This document shows positions 11,024 to 24,891 of a DNA stretch of 64,000 nt, in pieces; within the stretch, counting starts at the first letter, position 1; every line of letters starts with the position of its first letter. A program made the position numbers and the translations under genes. Location: positions 47,306,001-47,370,000 of the forward strand of contig NC_042999.1 of the NCBI RefSeq assembly GCF_006345805.1, in the 5' to 3' direction. Source of the DNA: Octopus sinensis (taxonomy: Eukaryota). Below the pieces are notes generated by a model. That model did no database searches. It was given only the letters and a program-made list of their open reading frames with translations, and was not told where the DNA came from.

Positions 11024-11480
11024 ATTGGTGAATTGAGGAAATGGAGCTGAACGCAGATTGAACAGAAATCGTTTTATTTCATTCTACACGTGTTTCGAAA
11101 GGCACAAATTACCAAAATCCGATTGAATATGGGACCATATTGTGTCTTTCTCTTCGGGAAGAAAAAGGAAATCCGTTAGAGAAACAAAAACAGAACAGAG
11201 GCGGAGCAAAAACCAATCGAACTATGCTCCTAAGAGCCCATGGGTTTCGCCATGGGCTCTTAGGAGCATAGTTCGATTTGGTTTTTGCTCCGCCTCTGTT
11301 CTGTTTTTGTTTCTCTAACGGATTTCCTTTTTCTTCCTGAAGAGAAAGACACAATATGGTCCCATTATTCAATCGGATTTTGGTAATTTGTGCCTTTCGA
11401 AACACGTGTAGAATGAAATAAAACGATTTCTGTTCAATCTGCGTTCAGCTCCATTTCCTCAATTCACCAATAATGTTTTA
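11015..11480. repeat. 466-bp near-perfect palindrome (arms ~230 bp, 6-nt loop gtttcg at 11244-11249)
   Basis: Read directly: arms differ by one substitution and two 1-nt indels. Confidence 0.98.
11329..11418 (+). ncRNA. Type I hammerhead ribozyme motif with palindromic stem III, intact core
   Basis: C3-A9 = CTGAAGA 11337-11343; stem II GAAAGACACAA/TTGTGCCTTTC; GAAA 11399-11402; stem III ACACGTGT self-complementary; GUA cleavage after 11410; stem I TTTTCTTC/GAATGAAA. Confidence 0.75.
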
Positions 11481-11625
11481 ATTTCAATTATCCGCACCAA
11501 CGCACGGTTGCAACGCCAGATGGTTGTACCTCCAACCGTGCTGTTTACTGCTGTGATTTTTACTACTAAGGTATCGGTTAACTTTTGATTAATCTACAAC
11601 AAGATTATTCATCTTTCTATTTCAC

Positions 11626-11676
<51 letters not shown>

Positions 11677-12121
11677 GTGTGTGTGTGTGCGCGCGCATAT
11701 TTGAATAGAAGCATGCACAGATATATTTAGAGTGAGAAAGAGAGAGAAAGAAAGAAATATATACATAAATAATTAGACCGAGCAATAGATATATGGTTGA
11801 AGAGTCGTACAGGTATATTGATAGAAGCTCTACCTCCAGATGAAGAATTTAAGCACATATTAATCGATTGCTACTAGGCAAGTGATATATAGACACTACA
11901 AGTCGAAATCTAAAATCTACAAAGGTTATTTGTAATGAATCACCCCCCCCCCACACACACATGCATACACACACATAAACGCACTTACCACGTAATATAT
12001 GCAGCCATATGTGATCACATCATCCTCACATACATATCGATTCATTCACACACGTATATACAACAACAGATAAGAGCTGTGACTCACACACTCACACACA
12101 CACATACTTGTATTTGCATAG

Positions 12122-12209
12122 ATTGGCTTGGGACAGTTAAAGCTTGCACGCATCAAATACACGCTTAAACAAAACATCGAAGATTTACTGGCCGAAAATT
12201 TTGCTGAAG
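12122..12209 (+). CDS. Candidate internal exon (IGLGQLKLARIKYTLKQNIEDLLAENFAE), unknown protein
   Basis: tatttgcatag acceptor, GAAG/gtaaaa donor, open 88-nt frame (phase 0 to 1); no homology recognised. Confidence 0.22.
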
Positions 12210-12419
12210 GTAAAAAAAGAGAGATATGTATATTCAAGTGAGCCTTTTTTGCACTTACTCGGTCAAAATGTGTAAGCACGTGCAAAGAATATGTGTGCAA
12301 AAATGTATATATATTGAAATTTAAATGGAATATATACTGAAATATAAACTTGCAAGGTTATAGAAATCTGATAAGTATTGTATATAGTCCCTAATAAATA
12401 TAATATATATATATATTAT

Positions 12420-12538
<119 letters not shown>

Positions 12539-12618
12539 CATCAGCATGGCCGCACCTCTGAGCTGAAACTAGAGAGAGAAATATATATATATATATATGC
12601 ACACAGACATACATAGAG

Positions 12619-12662
<44 letters not shown>

Positions 12663-15600
12663 ATAGAGCTAGAGAGGGAGAGAGTGAAATAGTTACAAAC
12701 GGCTTACAAATTCAAAACAACACATTGTTTTATTTAGTAGTTTATAATGTTGCAGAATTAAGAAAAAGAAAAAAAAATGAAACGTAACGACGCTATGATC
12801 AAAATATATAACACCAAGTGCTACTGGTACTGGATGAAATGTAGGTATACCCGATGCTGGTTTCTCAAATCGGCAATCATAGATTTCAAACGCAGCCGTT
12901 GAAGGTTTGAATTTGAAAACGGGAATATGAATATGGGAAGAGACAAGATACACCGAAATACAACATGAGTTAACGGATTATGAACGATCACAAGATTCTA
13001 GACTTCGGTTTACACAGCTAAAATTTATTTAAAGCTATTCTAATTCTGATCACATAACTGCAAATATTTTATTACTATCCTTTATAATTTTACAGTTTAT
13101 TAGTCATTTAAACTCCGTACTCACCTTTAGTTTGTTGTTTGCTTCTCTGATAGTAGTCTATAATTATGTTCCCACTCCTTAATCTACTACTTCAATTTCT
13201 CTTCTGCTCACTCTTTTCTTCTGTATCGTAATCTACATCTTTCTCATCCATTTCTGCCTTTCTATCACCTCCATCTCTTCGTTGTACGTTTTTCCTCCTT
13301 TTCCTGCCGCTAATTCTTTCTCTCTTTTCATTTTTCCGATAGTACTTTGGTTGTTTTGATTCCAATTTTATCTCTCTCCTTCTGCGTTTTGCTCTGCCCA
13401 TCTTAACCCAGTTCCCTTCTTACGGACATCTTTTTCTTGAGTTCTTCAATTGGTTGACGAATGGGAAACAGGGATTCTTTGTAGCGACTTCTATAGTTTC
13501 AAATTTGAATAAAAAGTTATTGCATTCTACTGCTCTACAGTACTGTGTACATTTTGCATAATGCCATACCGATGAAGCATAAAATTGCCTAATACATACA
13601 TACATACATACATACATACATACATACATACATACATACATACATACACATACATACATACACACACACTCATGTATACATACTTACATACATGCATACA
13701 CATCCTGAGTCGCACACAGTCACACACATGTATATTATTTCATAGTTCTACAGAGAATTTCCGAAATCTGTTCCAGTATCTACCAGGAAAATTGAATTTT
13801 ATTTGACAATTTATCAAAAGCATTATTTAGTTTCAACAGACACATTTATTGTATATTTGTCGAATTATGGTGTCTTAGATAAAACTGTCAAAATGATCAT
13901 CATCATATACGAAAAAAGGCTATCGAATACAGTGTAAATGAGACACAGTCCACATGAATAATTTCCCTAATAGCAGATTTCTCTCAAGGAGGGATCTTAG
14001 TTTTCGTTTTGTGACTTTGGAGGACTGCACCTTTTGGCTAAATCATCAATCCATCCAGGGAAAAAAGTCTTCATCACGTAAAACAAAAACAATAATTACA
14101 TTTACATGAAGTGTTATCTTTATGGCTTTCACTAAGCTAGTGATCTTCACATCGCAGACATTCTGAAGTTACAGTCGGTCAATTTTTATAGAAAGAAGAT
14201 AGTATACGGGCCTTTTAACGAACATAAAAGCCATCTTTCAATATGTTAAGCAGATTTTTAAAACTAACGGCGGGAGCGACTTCAAGTAATTCGCGTTTAC
14301 TGCTCTTTGCAGTGAAAAGACTTGATCACATGCCAGGAGAAACTAACATTTTTCAAATCACCTAGTAATCAAATAGGTTCTAGTCAATAATCCTTGCTTT
14401 CTGTAGTCGATGTATAGAGGGTATTTTTCTTTTGGGGACGAAACCTAAAGTCTGACGATCTTCAAATTATACCCACATTCCTCTCATATATGCAGGTATA
14501 ACAATCACAGCTATCATGCCATACATAGGACGATATCGAATGTTCTATTTTTAAGACTTCAGCACTCTTATAGAAAATAAAGTGCCATCCTCTACATTGA
14601 TGCTATGCAAAGAAAAGCAAAAGGATATGAAGTTAATATGTTGCTTTCAGAATCTACAGTAACAAATGAAGACAGAAAGACAAGGTGCAGCAGAGTGAAA
14701 GGCATATTCGTTGCGATTACTTGTAGAATGCACACACGCACGCTCTCATACACACACATACATACATACATACATACATAAATACAAAGATGCTCTCTCT
14801 CTCTCACACACTTTTCTCTCTTCTTTGTCTTTCTTTCAATCGCTGTATCTATCAATGTACATATACGTATATATGTAATTATGTTATATTATAGAATATA
14901 TGCTATGAGATACGATCTAAAATATGTTTATGGATGAAATTTTGTATGGCACGCTTACTCCATTTAAAGTATCATCATTAACACATGTGAAGAGTAATTT
15001 TAAAATCAAAAGGTTTGTCTTAACTGGGTTTATTTGTAAGCACTTTTATTTATTAAAATAGGCGCAATAATTGCTCCTACATAAATCAACGACTACCAAA
15101 GAATAGATATACAAAACTTCTACAACCCTATTTAGGATTTCAGAAATTAGATATTTGGCTATTAAGCAGGACTCTACTATTCAATAGATTTCGCTTACGG
15201 AAGCTTTCATATCGACTGAAAATGTAGTTACGTCAATTATCCAATCAGCAATATTTCGCTTGAAATTACGGGTATAACATTTTTTTTTCCTATGATGGTT
15301 TACAATCTGATCCCAGTAATTGCAGAAGCATAAATTTGATTCAGCAGAATAACATTTACTTCCCCTAATTTCTTCCTTGATAATAAAACCATGTGTTGCA
15401 ATAGTCTATTACAATTACGGAAAGCAACACATTATCATCACATATTTCGCATAGATTCTAAATGCTATAAATGCTGACAAATTTCTTAGATCTTTTCGAC
15501 GATCCTTCCGATATATTTCAGCAGCAGTTCTCTATGTTAATGAGTTTTAAGGATGTTCTTTACTTTTTCTTGTTCTGTACATCTAGCTTATGGGTTTCTT

Positions 15601-15892
15601 TTCTATTGACTTTATAAAGGCTTTTGCACAGAGTCTATGATCTCCAAATGCGATCAGATATTTTATTGAGCTTTCCTCATGATAACTTTGAAGATCTCTT
15701 TCGATTTTCAGAATACAGCACGTATACATACTTAATTATGCATACACATACATACTCCCACATACACACAAAAAACACACTTATGCGCACGCGCATATAT
15801 GTATATATGTATACATATATGTGTATATATATATATATATATACGCAAACATATATGTACATACATACACACACACCTATATGTATATATAC

Positions 15893-15950
<58 letters not shown>

Positions 15951-16944
15951 ATATATATATATCAGAGCATATATGTATGTGTTTGGATATATAGATTCAT
16001 ATCGATGGACGTTTTTCATTCTCTACCCCATTAACTTTCCTCACAACATTTTAGATATATGAATATTTATGGAAACTAAATATATCCACCCTATCTTTAT
16101 CAGTAAAGTCAATTAATATTTTTGGGTCAATTTTCCTGGCTCTTTAAACGGTTCCCCTTTATCCTGATTAGATTATTTCTATCATTAGTCCGATATTGAA
16201 TGTTAGCGCATTGCTGAATACGACGCACATATCCTAGTGGAATGAATATGATGCAAATATATAGCTGAGAATTACATTAGGATCTGAGAAATTATATTCG
16301 GTTATAATTGTCGTCATTGTTAGAAAAGAGCAATTGCAAGTTAATATTCTTATGTAAGGGATATTTGTAGGTTAGTTTTGTCCTTTTCATAGTTTTATAG
16401 ATAATGAGCAAGTGAAGATAAATTAAATAGTTCAAAGCCGGTAGTGAAAGATATACACAATACAAATGGAATAAAATGCCCTATTGTTTTTGACTTGAAA
16501 TAATGCCAATTTTGCTGGTTCCTTTCATTCCTCAAAGTTCACTAACATATAGAATTTACAGTCGATTATTTTTCTTTCATTTACATTTCATCAAACGATT
16601 GACCAAACGAAGTAGTGATTATTTTAAATGATATTAGAACATTAACACCGTGGTGTGTCGTTTCACTACATTTGTGAGGTATTTGTCCCTTTGAGTCATT
16701 CTACAATGGTTTTACACAATCCAAATAGACACGTCCTTTATTCTTCCCAATATAAAAGATACGGTAATGGTCTTCTAATTGTAAAGAGTCTTGTAAATAA
16801 AACATAAATGAGACTTTCACAGGGCGAGTTTCACATCCGTAGGTTGTCTAAAAACAATAGGCAATATAGATGACTGTGTACATCGAATACTCTAACAAAC
16901 ACACACATAACCACATACATACATATAAGCATATACACTGACAC

Positions 16945-16998
<54 letters not shown>

Positions 16999-17062
16999 CT
17001 ATCTATCTATCATCTATCTATCTATCCGTCTGCCTGTTGGCCAGTCTCTCTCTCTCGCTACC

Positions 17063-17184
<122 letters not shown>

Positions 17185-17228
17185 CATATGTAGGATGAAG
17201 AGAGAAAGTTATATATATATATATATAT

Positions 17229-18423
17229 ATATAATTAGTGAATGGAAGAAATGGGGTTGAACGAAGATTGTACAGAATTCCTTTTATTACATTCCACACA
17301 TGTTTCAAAGGCCACAATTTTCCAAATTCTGATTAAATAAGGATACCATATTGCAGCTTTCTCTTCAGGAAAAACCAGGAATTACGTTGTCAGAACAAAA
17401 CAAAACAAAGGCGCAGCAAAGCAATTCGAACGAGGGCGCTCCTTAAGAGCCCATGGGTAAAATGTTTATCAATGTACGTTGGTGGGGGCCGACAAAAGGA
17501 CCGTTGGAATAAATCCAGGTCAGGCCGCGGTCAAATCTAGTAGGTGAGGAATTAATGAGAACAAGGGGTGTGGAGATTTTCTGTGTGACCAAAGTTAATG
17601 TTCTGAATATTTTAAGAATTCAGGGTGTATTTTTTAGGGGCGAGACAATACCTACCTAAAAGCCTGTGTGTGTATACTAGCCTATGTGTGCGCCGCCGCA
17701 TGTTGGCGAGGGCGCTAGATAATGAGCACTGCTGAAAAAAGCCTGTCAGGCGGCTGAAATAATTCTGTGTTCGTGTGTCCGTCTGTGGCCTGCTTGTCTA
17801 AAATTATCCTCGTCAAAGAATCAGGAGGGTATATAATTCCAGCGCTTGCTTCTAAAAAACCGACCAATCGCCTAAGGGGAGTAATTTCCCCTTGCAAGAG
17901 TTATTCAGAGATTTAAAAAAAATTTTTTCCAAAAATTATTTTCATTTTAATAGGGTATCAAGGTGTTAATTGTCTTAGGTATCATTTATATGTAAGAAAC
18001 GTATGACGCCGCCAATGGGGACATCGAAAAGCAGTCTGTAAAAGCCCGTTTACCAAACGGCCTCTGGCGAACAATATGTGGAAAAGCTCAGAGTTACAAA
18101 TATTACATATCCTTCTGCCTCTATCAAACGGGAGGGCCACCGAAGAGAAAGCTGCAATATGGTACCCTTATTTAATCAGAATTTGGAAAATTGTGGCCTT
18201 TGAAACATGTGTAGAATGTAATAAAAGGAATTCTGTACAATCTTCGTTCAACTCCATTTCTTCCATTCACTAATTATATTAAACTTCAATTATCCGCACC
18301 AACGCACGGTTGCAACACCATATGGTCATATCTCCAACCGTGTTTTTCTGCTGTGATTTTTGCTACCCAGGTATCGGTTAAACTTTTGAATAATCCGTAA
18401 CAAGATAATTCATCTTTCCATTT

Positions 18424-18429
<6 letters not shown>
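17229..18429 (+). mobile_element. Second, diverged copy of the 11015-11628 element with ~685 bp of unrelated sequence between the arms
   Basis: 17229-17366 and 18142-18279 are inverted repeats (3 transitions in ~138 bp); left arm continues to the symmetry centre (aagagcccatggg, ~17456); tail 18280-18429; (TA)n on both sides. Confidence 0.8.
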
Positions 18430-18518
<89 letters not shown>

Positions 18519-18593
18519 TATATATGTATATACAATATACACAATATTGTATTGTATGTATATATTTTATTAATTTACCTGTACTGCTGATAA

Positions 18594-18639
<46 letters not shown>

Positions 18640-18641
<2 letters not shown>

Positions 18642-20290
18642 TACACACTATGTCTTCTATACCACACACCACCAACGTCAGTCCCTACCCTACAGGATAA
18701 ACGCTCCTCCTCGCTGCTGTTAAGCCATAAATCTTTTCCAACGACCCTTTATAAGTGCAATCAAGCCACGACTCCTGTACGAACATTTCTACTGAATCCT
18801 AAGAGCATTAGTCCTTGCTGCAGGCAAATACGATGGAAAATTTAATTCATTGAAGATTGGGTTACCTACAACCCACAGCGCAGTCTCTTCTTCCTCTTTA
18901 CTGAGACTGAGCTTGATAATTCTCAACTGGAAAGGCACAAAATCACTCGTCGTGAACTACCGACCGATCTTAGTTACCTCTCATATCATCAGATTATATG
19001 AGAGAGTGGTGAGATCTCGCGTAACTCACTTCTTGGATTCTGGCAACCTGATTATTCCCAACCAACATGGCTTTCGCAATGCAAGGGAGTGCTTAACATA
19101 GCTGTTGCATAATTTCAATGACATCTTAAAGACCATGGGAGAGGGCTCAAATGCAAATGTCATATACCTTGACTTCAGCAAAGCCTTTGACAGAGTTGAT
19201 CACTAAATCCTGTTAAAGAGACTGCCCAACATTGGAGTTTGAGGAAAACTGTTAACTTTGATTAAATGTTTTCTGATGAACAGAACTCAACATGTTGTGA
19301 TTAATGGTATCCGATCGACCTCAGACAGGGTTATAAGTGGAGTCCCACAAGGCACTGTATTGGGTTCGCTCATTTTCATAATTTACATCAACGACATCAC
19401 TGAGTCATCAAACACAGTAGCATGCATATTTTTTGCGGATGACTATAACTTGCTGACAGGGTTGTTCACAGGGTAGAAAACCAGGACAATCTTCAATCTG
19501 ATCTGTTTGTATCCAATGGGCGAAGAAACATAATATGCAGCTAAGCGAGAAAATATTCAACCTAATCCTCTTCGGTAAAGAGACTGCATTCCAACAATCA
19601 CACATTCTTCTCTCGAATGAGACCCTCGTGGCATCGAGCACTGCTACAGACTTGGGTGTTGCTGTTGACAACAAAATAAGATGAAGTACTCACACAAACA
19701 GCAAAGATGACATGGCTCGCTGGGTGTGCTCCTAGATCCTCGGCACTTTCCGGTATAAAGACACCCCTACAATTATCCTACTTTTCTATACTTTTACTCG
19801 CCCTCACCTTGAATAATGTTGTGCACTCTGGTCCCTACCACACACACGCGCACACACGATACAGAATATTTAGAAAATTGAAGATCCCCAGAGATCAATC
19901 ACAAAAAAACTAGATGACGTGACAAGCCTTAACAATTGGGATCTACTCAAAAAGCTCAGGTGTTACTCCCGTGAACGCCGCCGTGAGCGCTATATCACCT
20001 CTAAGATGTGGGAAATATTCCATAAACATTACACAAATGATAAAGGTATCATCTTTAAAATTCAAGTGAGGCTTGACCCCTGCGCCATCCGTCCACTACA
20101 AAAATAATGTTCATGTCATTTGTCAACAGTACGATAGAACTATTTCACATCAACTGGCTCTCGTCAGCCCACATTCAAACTGTCCATAGATATTCACCTC
20201 CAACAAATACCAGACAAATTACTCACACACGGATATGTCTCTGAAAACAAAAACTCTCTGGTCGAATGGGCTATGATGCCAAGAGCTTAC
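18640..20290 (+). mobile_element. CR1/L2-group LINE ORF2 relic (reverse transcriptase), 5'-truncated, many stops and frameshifts
   Basis: NYRPILVTSHIIRLYERVV..NQHGFR..YLDFSKAFDRVDH..RTQHVVING..SGVPQGTVLG..FADD; C-terminal LKKLRCYSRERRRERY. Confidence 0.92.
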
Positions 20291-20427
20291 TATGTATCTC
20301 TTTCAGGATTTGCTATTAAATTATACATAGCTTGAGCCAAATTCGGTCGAAACTTATCCAAGTAATCAAAGTAACTATGTATATGTATATATGTACGTAC
20401 GTATGTATGTATGTATGTATGTATCTA

Positions 20428-20468
<41 letters not shown>

Positions 20469-20491
20469 ATGTCTGTCTGTCTATCTGTCTG

Positions 20492-20558
<67 letters not shown>

Positions 20559-21197
20559 GTTTTTATATATATATGCATATACATATAAGAGTGATCATGT
20601 GCGATAGGTTTCAAATGAAATGAACCGAAAAACGTTCTTCGAAATATTGATTAGAAAGCGATAAAATTCATTCAAAGTTGACTAGGTGGAATTCTACCAG
20701 AAGTTTCTAATTCTAGGTTTGTCCCCTGAGCGAGTATCCCGAGAGAGTTAGATGAAAGACATAGATAATGAGCCAATGAGAACACTTCTACGGGGTCAAA
20801 TTACCTCCAAACGGCACTCAAGTCAGTCTGCTATATTCAAATTGCCTTCAAACTACACCGTACGTCTTACTGCCTCGTGAACATAGTGAATTCTGACTTC
20901 AAATCCAGTTGACCCTATCCCTCTCCAATTTTGACCATATATGACTTCTTCCACGGAAGCGTCGTTTCCAGGCAATTTTTCATTGTCGTTGATAATATCT
21001 ACTCATTACTAATTCCACTTCCGTATTTCATGTATCTCCATTTATTTATTGAATGGCTTGTGGTTCATTAAGATGTAAGAGAATACAGTGTACAAATCGC
21101 GTCTTATTTCGATACGTATTTAGTTACATTGACGTACACAGAGAATATATATGCTGTTGTCTTATACACAGATTTGTCTCCCAAAATTTTTCGCTAG

Positions 21198-21278
21198 GTA
21201 TTGGTGCTTTGATAGCTACAGTAGAAAATGTTTGTCTAACATGTATTGCTGTGAAGTCAAATCAAGAAAACTTTGCAG
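21198..21278 (+). CDS. Candidate symmetric exon (GIGALIATVENVCLTCIAVKSNQENFA), unknown protein
   Basis: aatttttcgctag acceptor, GCAG/gtatgt donor, 81 nt phase 1-1 open frame. Confidence 0.22.
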
Positions 21279-21895
21279 GTATGTGAACTTCACGTCCACA
21301 CGGACGTACTTCTGTTTAAATAAAATAAGTGTAAAAGCATTAGAGAAAATAGAACATTTCAATATACTTTTAATTTCTCACAGCTATCTTCAATGCAATG
21401 TCACGTTTGCCTCCATTATATTTGCATTAAAGTTGCTATACCTTTTTACAGTTTACAGTTAAAATGCGTCCGTTGCTATTCACTCACGCAATTGAAACCT
21501 GTTATTTCTTGAGGATGTAAGCCCTGAATTTTACAATGCGCTACTTAACGAGTTCCTTTCATCATTATCATTATTATCATGAACCTATGATCATCATAAT
21601 CATCATGGACATCTCCGCAGTAGTAGGCAGAGGTGGTATCATTGCCACCACCACAACCGCCACCGCCTCCGCCGCCGCCACCACAACCACTACCACCACC
21701 ACCACCACCACCACCACCACTACCACCACCCACAACAACAACAACTAAAACACCAGTCCCAATCCGCAATCCCATCGTCATCGTCGTCATCGTTTTCCTC
21801 CTCCTCCTCCTTATCAACATCATTATCATCTATATCATCATATTCATCAAAGTTCTTTCTTAAAAATGTATACTCTTTCAGGTTTCGCTCCTGTT

Positions 21896-21985
21896 TTTGA
21901 AAATACAAGCGAGGCTTGACCCCTGCGCCACCCGTCCACTACAGAAATCATGTTCATGTCATATCTCAACAGTACGATAGAAACT
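21896..21985 (+). repeat. Short second copy of the CR1-like 3' region (matches 20053-20140)
   Basis: gaggcttgacccctgcgcca(t/c)ccgtccactaca..tgttcatgtcat..caacagtacgatagaa shared. Confidence 0.85.
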
Positions 21986-22021
21986 TTTAGAATTTATTCT
22001 GGGGTAATAATAATAATAATG

Positions 22022-22077
<56 letters not shown>

Positions 22078-23405
22078 GATTTTGATTTTCATTTTTTAAT
22101 AGCCTGGATAAACTATAAAAATGCTTTTGATAGCCCACCACATGGGTGGATTAAGAAATGTCTGGAAATGTATAAAATAGGGCCTACTCTGCGAAACTTC
22201 TTTCTGTAAGTATGAGATAATGGAGAACTACACTAACTTTGAACAGTGACGAAGAATCTCTAAATGCTGGAGATTTAAAAATTCCATGTGGCATTTCCCA
22301 GGGTGACTCACTATCACCATTCCTCTTTTCTCTAGCCTTAATACCTCTCTCGAAATTGCTCAATGATGCATAGTACGGTTATAAAATGTTTGATAAAAAT
22401 ATAAATCATCTCACTTATATGGATGATTTAAAGCTCTTTTCAAAAAATGACCAACAACTCAAGGGCTTAATGATTGTTAAACAATTCAGTAATGACATCA
22501 GGATGCAATTTGGCCTCGATAAATGTGCAAAAGCTACCTTTATTAAAGGAAAAATGACAGAAATATCTAACGTTAACCTTTACGAGTAGATTTTTATAAA
22601 AGAACAAGCGGTGAGCTACAAATACCCTGGGGTACTTGAAGGGGCTGGAATCAGGCATTCAATGATGAGGAAAAGGATCAGAAGAGAATTTTATCGCAGG
22701 GTGAGAGCAATGCTCAAGACATGGGCTGAACGCAAGAAACAGGGTCGAAGCGATCAATGCTTTAGCGATACCAGTCATGACTTACAGTTTCAATATCATT
22801 AACTGCTCTATTACTGAAATATGTAATCTTGACAGAAAAATACAAAAAATTTTGACAATGCATATAATGCACCACCCTAAGGCTGATATAGTGGGAGGCT
22901 GTGGACTTTTACAACTGGCATTAACAATGAAGATTGGCCTAGACACCTACCTGAAAAACTCTGAGGACTGGATTTTAAAACTTGTCGCAGAACATGAAAA
23001 CAAGAAAGCATCATACTCAGTAACAAAACAGGCAAAGGAATATCTAAGTGAATTCCGAATATAACAAATTTCGGAATTAGACATACAAGAAATAAGTACA
23101 GAAATAGATAAGCGCATGAAAACCCGTGCTAAAACTGCTGCTTTAGATATTCTCCCTGATAGATGGCAAGAAAAAACCTCTCCATTGCAAATGCCCAAAG
23201 AAAGCGAATAATGCCGATGTTGACAACGCCCTTATCCATCAACGGCTAATGGCTTCTGGCTTAAAATCTGAAACAGAAGAGTTTATCATAGCAGCTCAAG
23301 ATCAATGCCTACCTACAAGGAATTACTAGGACAAAATATTAAAAAATTGCAGCTTCCCAACATGTCATGCATGTCCACAACAAAATGAAACCATTAATAA
23401 TGTCT
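22078..23405 (+). mobile_element. R4/Dong-clade LINE relic, RT domain to start of CCHC finger
   Basis: WINYKNAFDSPPH..QGDSLSPFLFSLALIPLS..HLTYMDDLKLF..FGLDKCA..YKYPG..HHPKADI..GGCGL..AAQDQCL..CHAC; preceded by (TAA)n. Confidence 0.92.
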
Positions 23406-24659
23406 GTACAAATCTTTGTAAAAGTATCATATCTTAAATAAAAGAAAGATACAACCCAGGGACTACACAATGAAAACTATTTTGTTTTATTTCTTTTTAA
23501 AATCAAGATTTGCTTTTTTCTATAAAACTACTTAGTACAGTAGTGCGCTCCTTAACCGTACTTTCCTATACGTGAGACTATCTAGCAATGACTATCTACA
23601 TTTCCTATCTGCAACCAGTGGCAATGCGATGCTTGCATATATCTTCATATATATAACATGAACAGAAATAAAACTAAGGATTTCAAGGTCAGTGTTGATA
23701 CTTTAAATCGAATCTAATTCTGACATTCTATAAAGTTGAAGAACGTTCTACATAGGAGAATTGGTAAAGCATCTAAGACTGCTTCTGTTTAAGTTCTAAC
23801 GTACTGGACAGCTTCTAGAGGAATATCTGCATACTTACTAACATGCTCTAATCGTTTGCTACAGACACTCTAGTTTATCCTTTAACTATATATCTATCTA
23901 TTATAACAGTCTTTAACATTCAGAGTTTCACTGCTGGATACCCACTCCGAATTGTCAAATCAAAAATTGATTTTATTTCTCACATCGTTTTTCTCGGTGT
24001 ATTACCTCATGTCCAACATGGAGATCTAAACTATGATCTCCACGATCCCCCTCATTCAAATTCTATAACCCTCAAATATTGTCTCACACATTTCATTTCT
24101 CTCCAGACATAAATAAATATGTCTTGGAAAAGTGCACTGAGCGCATCGATATTTTCAGATTTGTTTACTAAAAAGAAAACGTGAATGCTGCTCATGATAT
24201 AAATAATAAATTTTAAAATATGTATTTCCGTATAATGCTTCATTAATACTCTGTTGTGTCTGGGGAGAGTCGCTTTCTTTTTGTGCCTTATAATTTAATA
24301 CACTCACCGATAAAATTTCCACTTATTTCTTTTTCGTAAAATTTTCGTTGCCTTAATACGTTTTAGCTAATTACTCAAATGTAAGCAACGTCAAGTTAAT
24401 GTTTCGTGTAGATAATGTAAACATTTGTTTATGGAGGATACAGTTGTATTTTACTATCTCATCTAAGCTCACAGAATCGACAGAAAAAACATACTAAATG
24501 ATGTTAGATATTTATTCAAATTTTTTACTGCTATGTACTGCGGTCCATAAAATAAGTTTCAGTAAAGTGCAGTTAGAAACAATGGACTAAATAAGCAACT
24601 ACCTCTCCAAAAACATTACATGGCACTGAGGCGATATAAATACTCAATACATCACACAA

Positions 24660-24866
24660 TATTGGTTTCAAAGTTTGGCCTAAGGCTATCAATTTCGAGG
24701 GAATGGGGTAAATCGACTACATTAAGCCCTGTCTCTAACTGGTACTTATTTAGTCGACCTCGAAACGATGAAAACCAAAACTGACCGTGGCAGAACTTGA
24801 ACACAGAACGTAAAAGACGGATGAAATACCGCTAATCGTTTTACCTGGTGTGCTATTAATTCTGGC
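24660..24866 (-). mobile_element. Decayed SINE (5535-type)
   Basis: attggtttcaaa..ggtacttattt..gaaaccaaaactgacc..gcagaacttgaac pattern of the family. Confidence 0.75.
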
Positions 24867-24891
24867 GTACAATGTCCTAATGGGTCTCATA

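Larger units (their letters stand above)
11015..11628 (+). mobile_element. Non-autonomous Penelope-like (pLTR-derived) or retrozyme-like element: palindrome + ~150-bp tail, inserted in (TA)n
   Basis: Tail 11481-11628 is homologous to 18280-18429; both copies are bounded by (TA)n; hammerhead in the arms. Confidence 0.6.

Noticed and set aside
12122-12209. Resemblance of NIEDLLAENF to L1 ORF1p (LQDIIQENF)
   Set aside because: Five-residue similarity only; no coiled coil, RRM or ORF2 nearby.
13120-13420. Lys/Glu/Arg-rich minus ORF (13192-13401) with a GTGAGT donor at ~13125
   Set aside because: Purine-rich low-complexity tract; all frames contain stops before the donor.
14496-14557. GITITAIMPYIGRY, cytochrome b- or GPCR-like snippet after an acceptor
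   Set aside because: Too short, ends in a stop after 19 codons, no flanking similarity.
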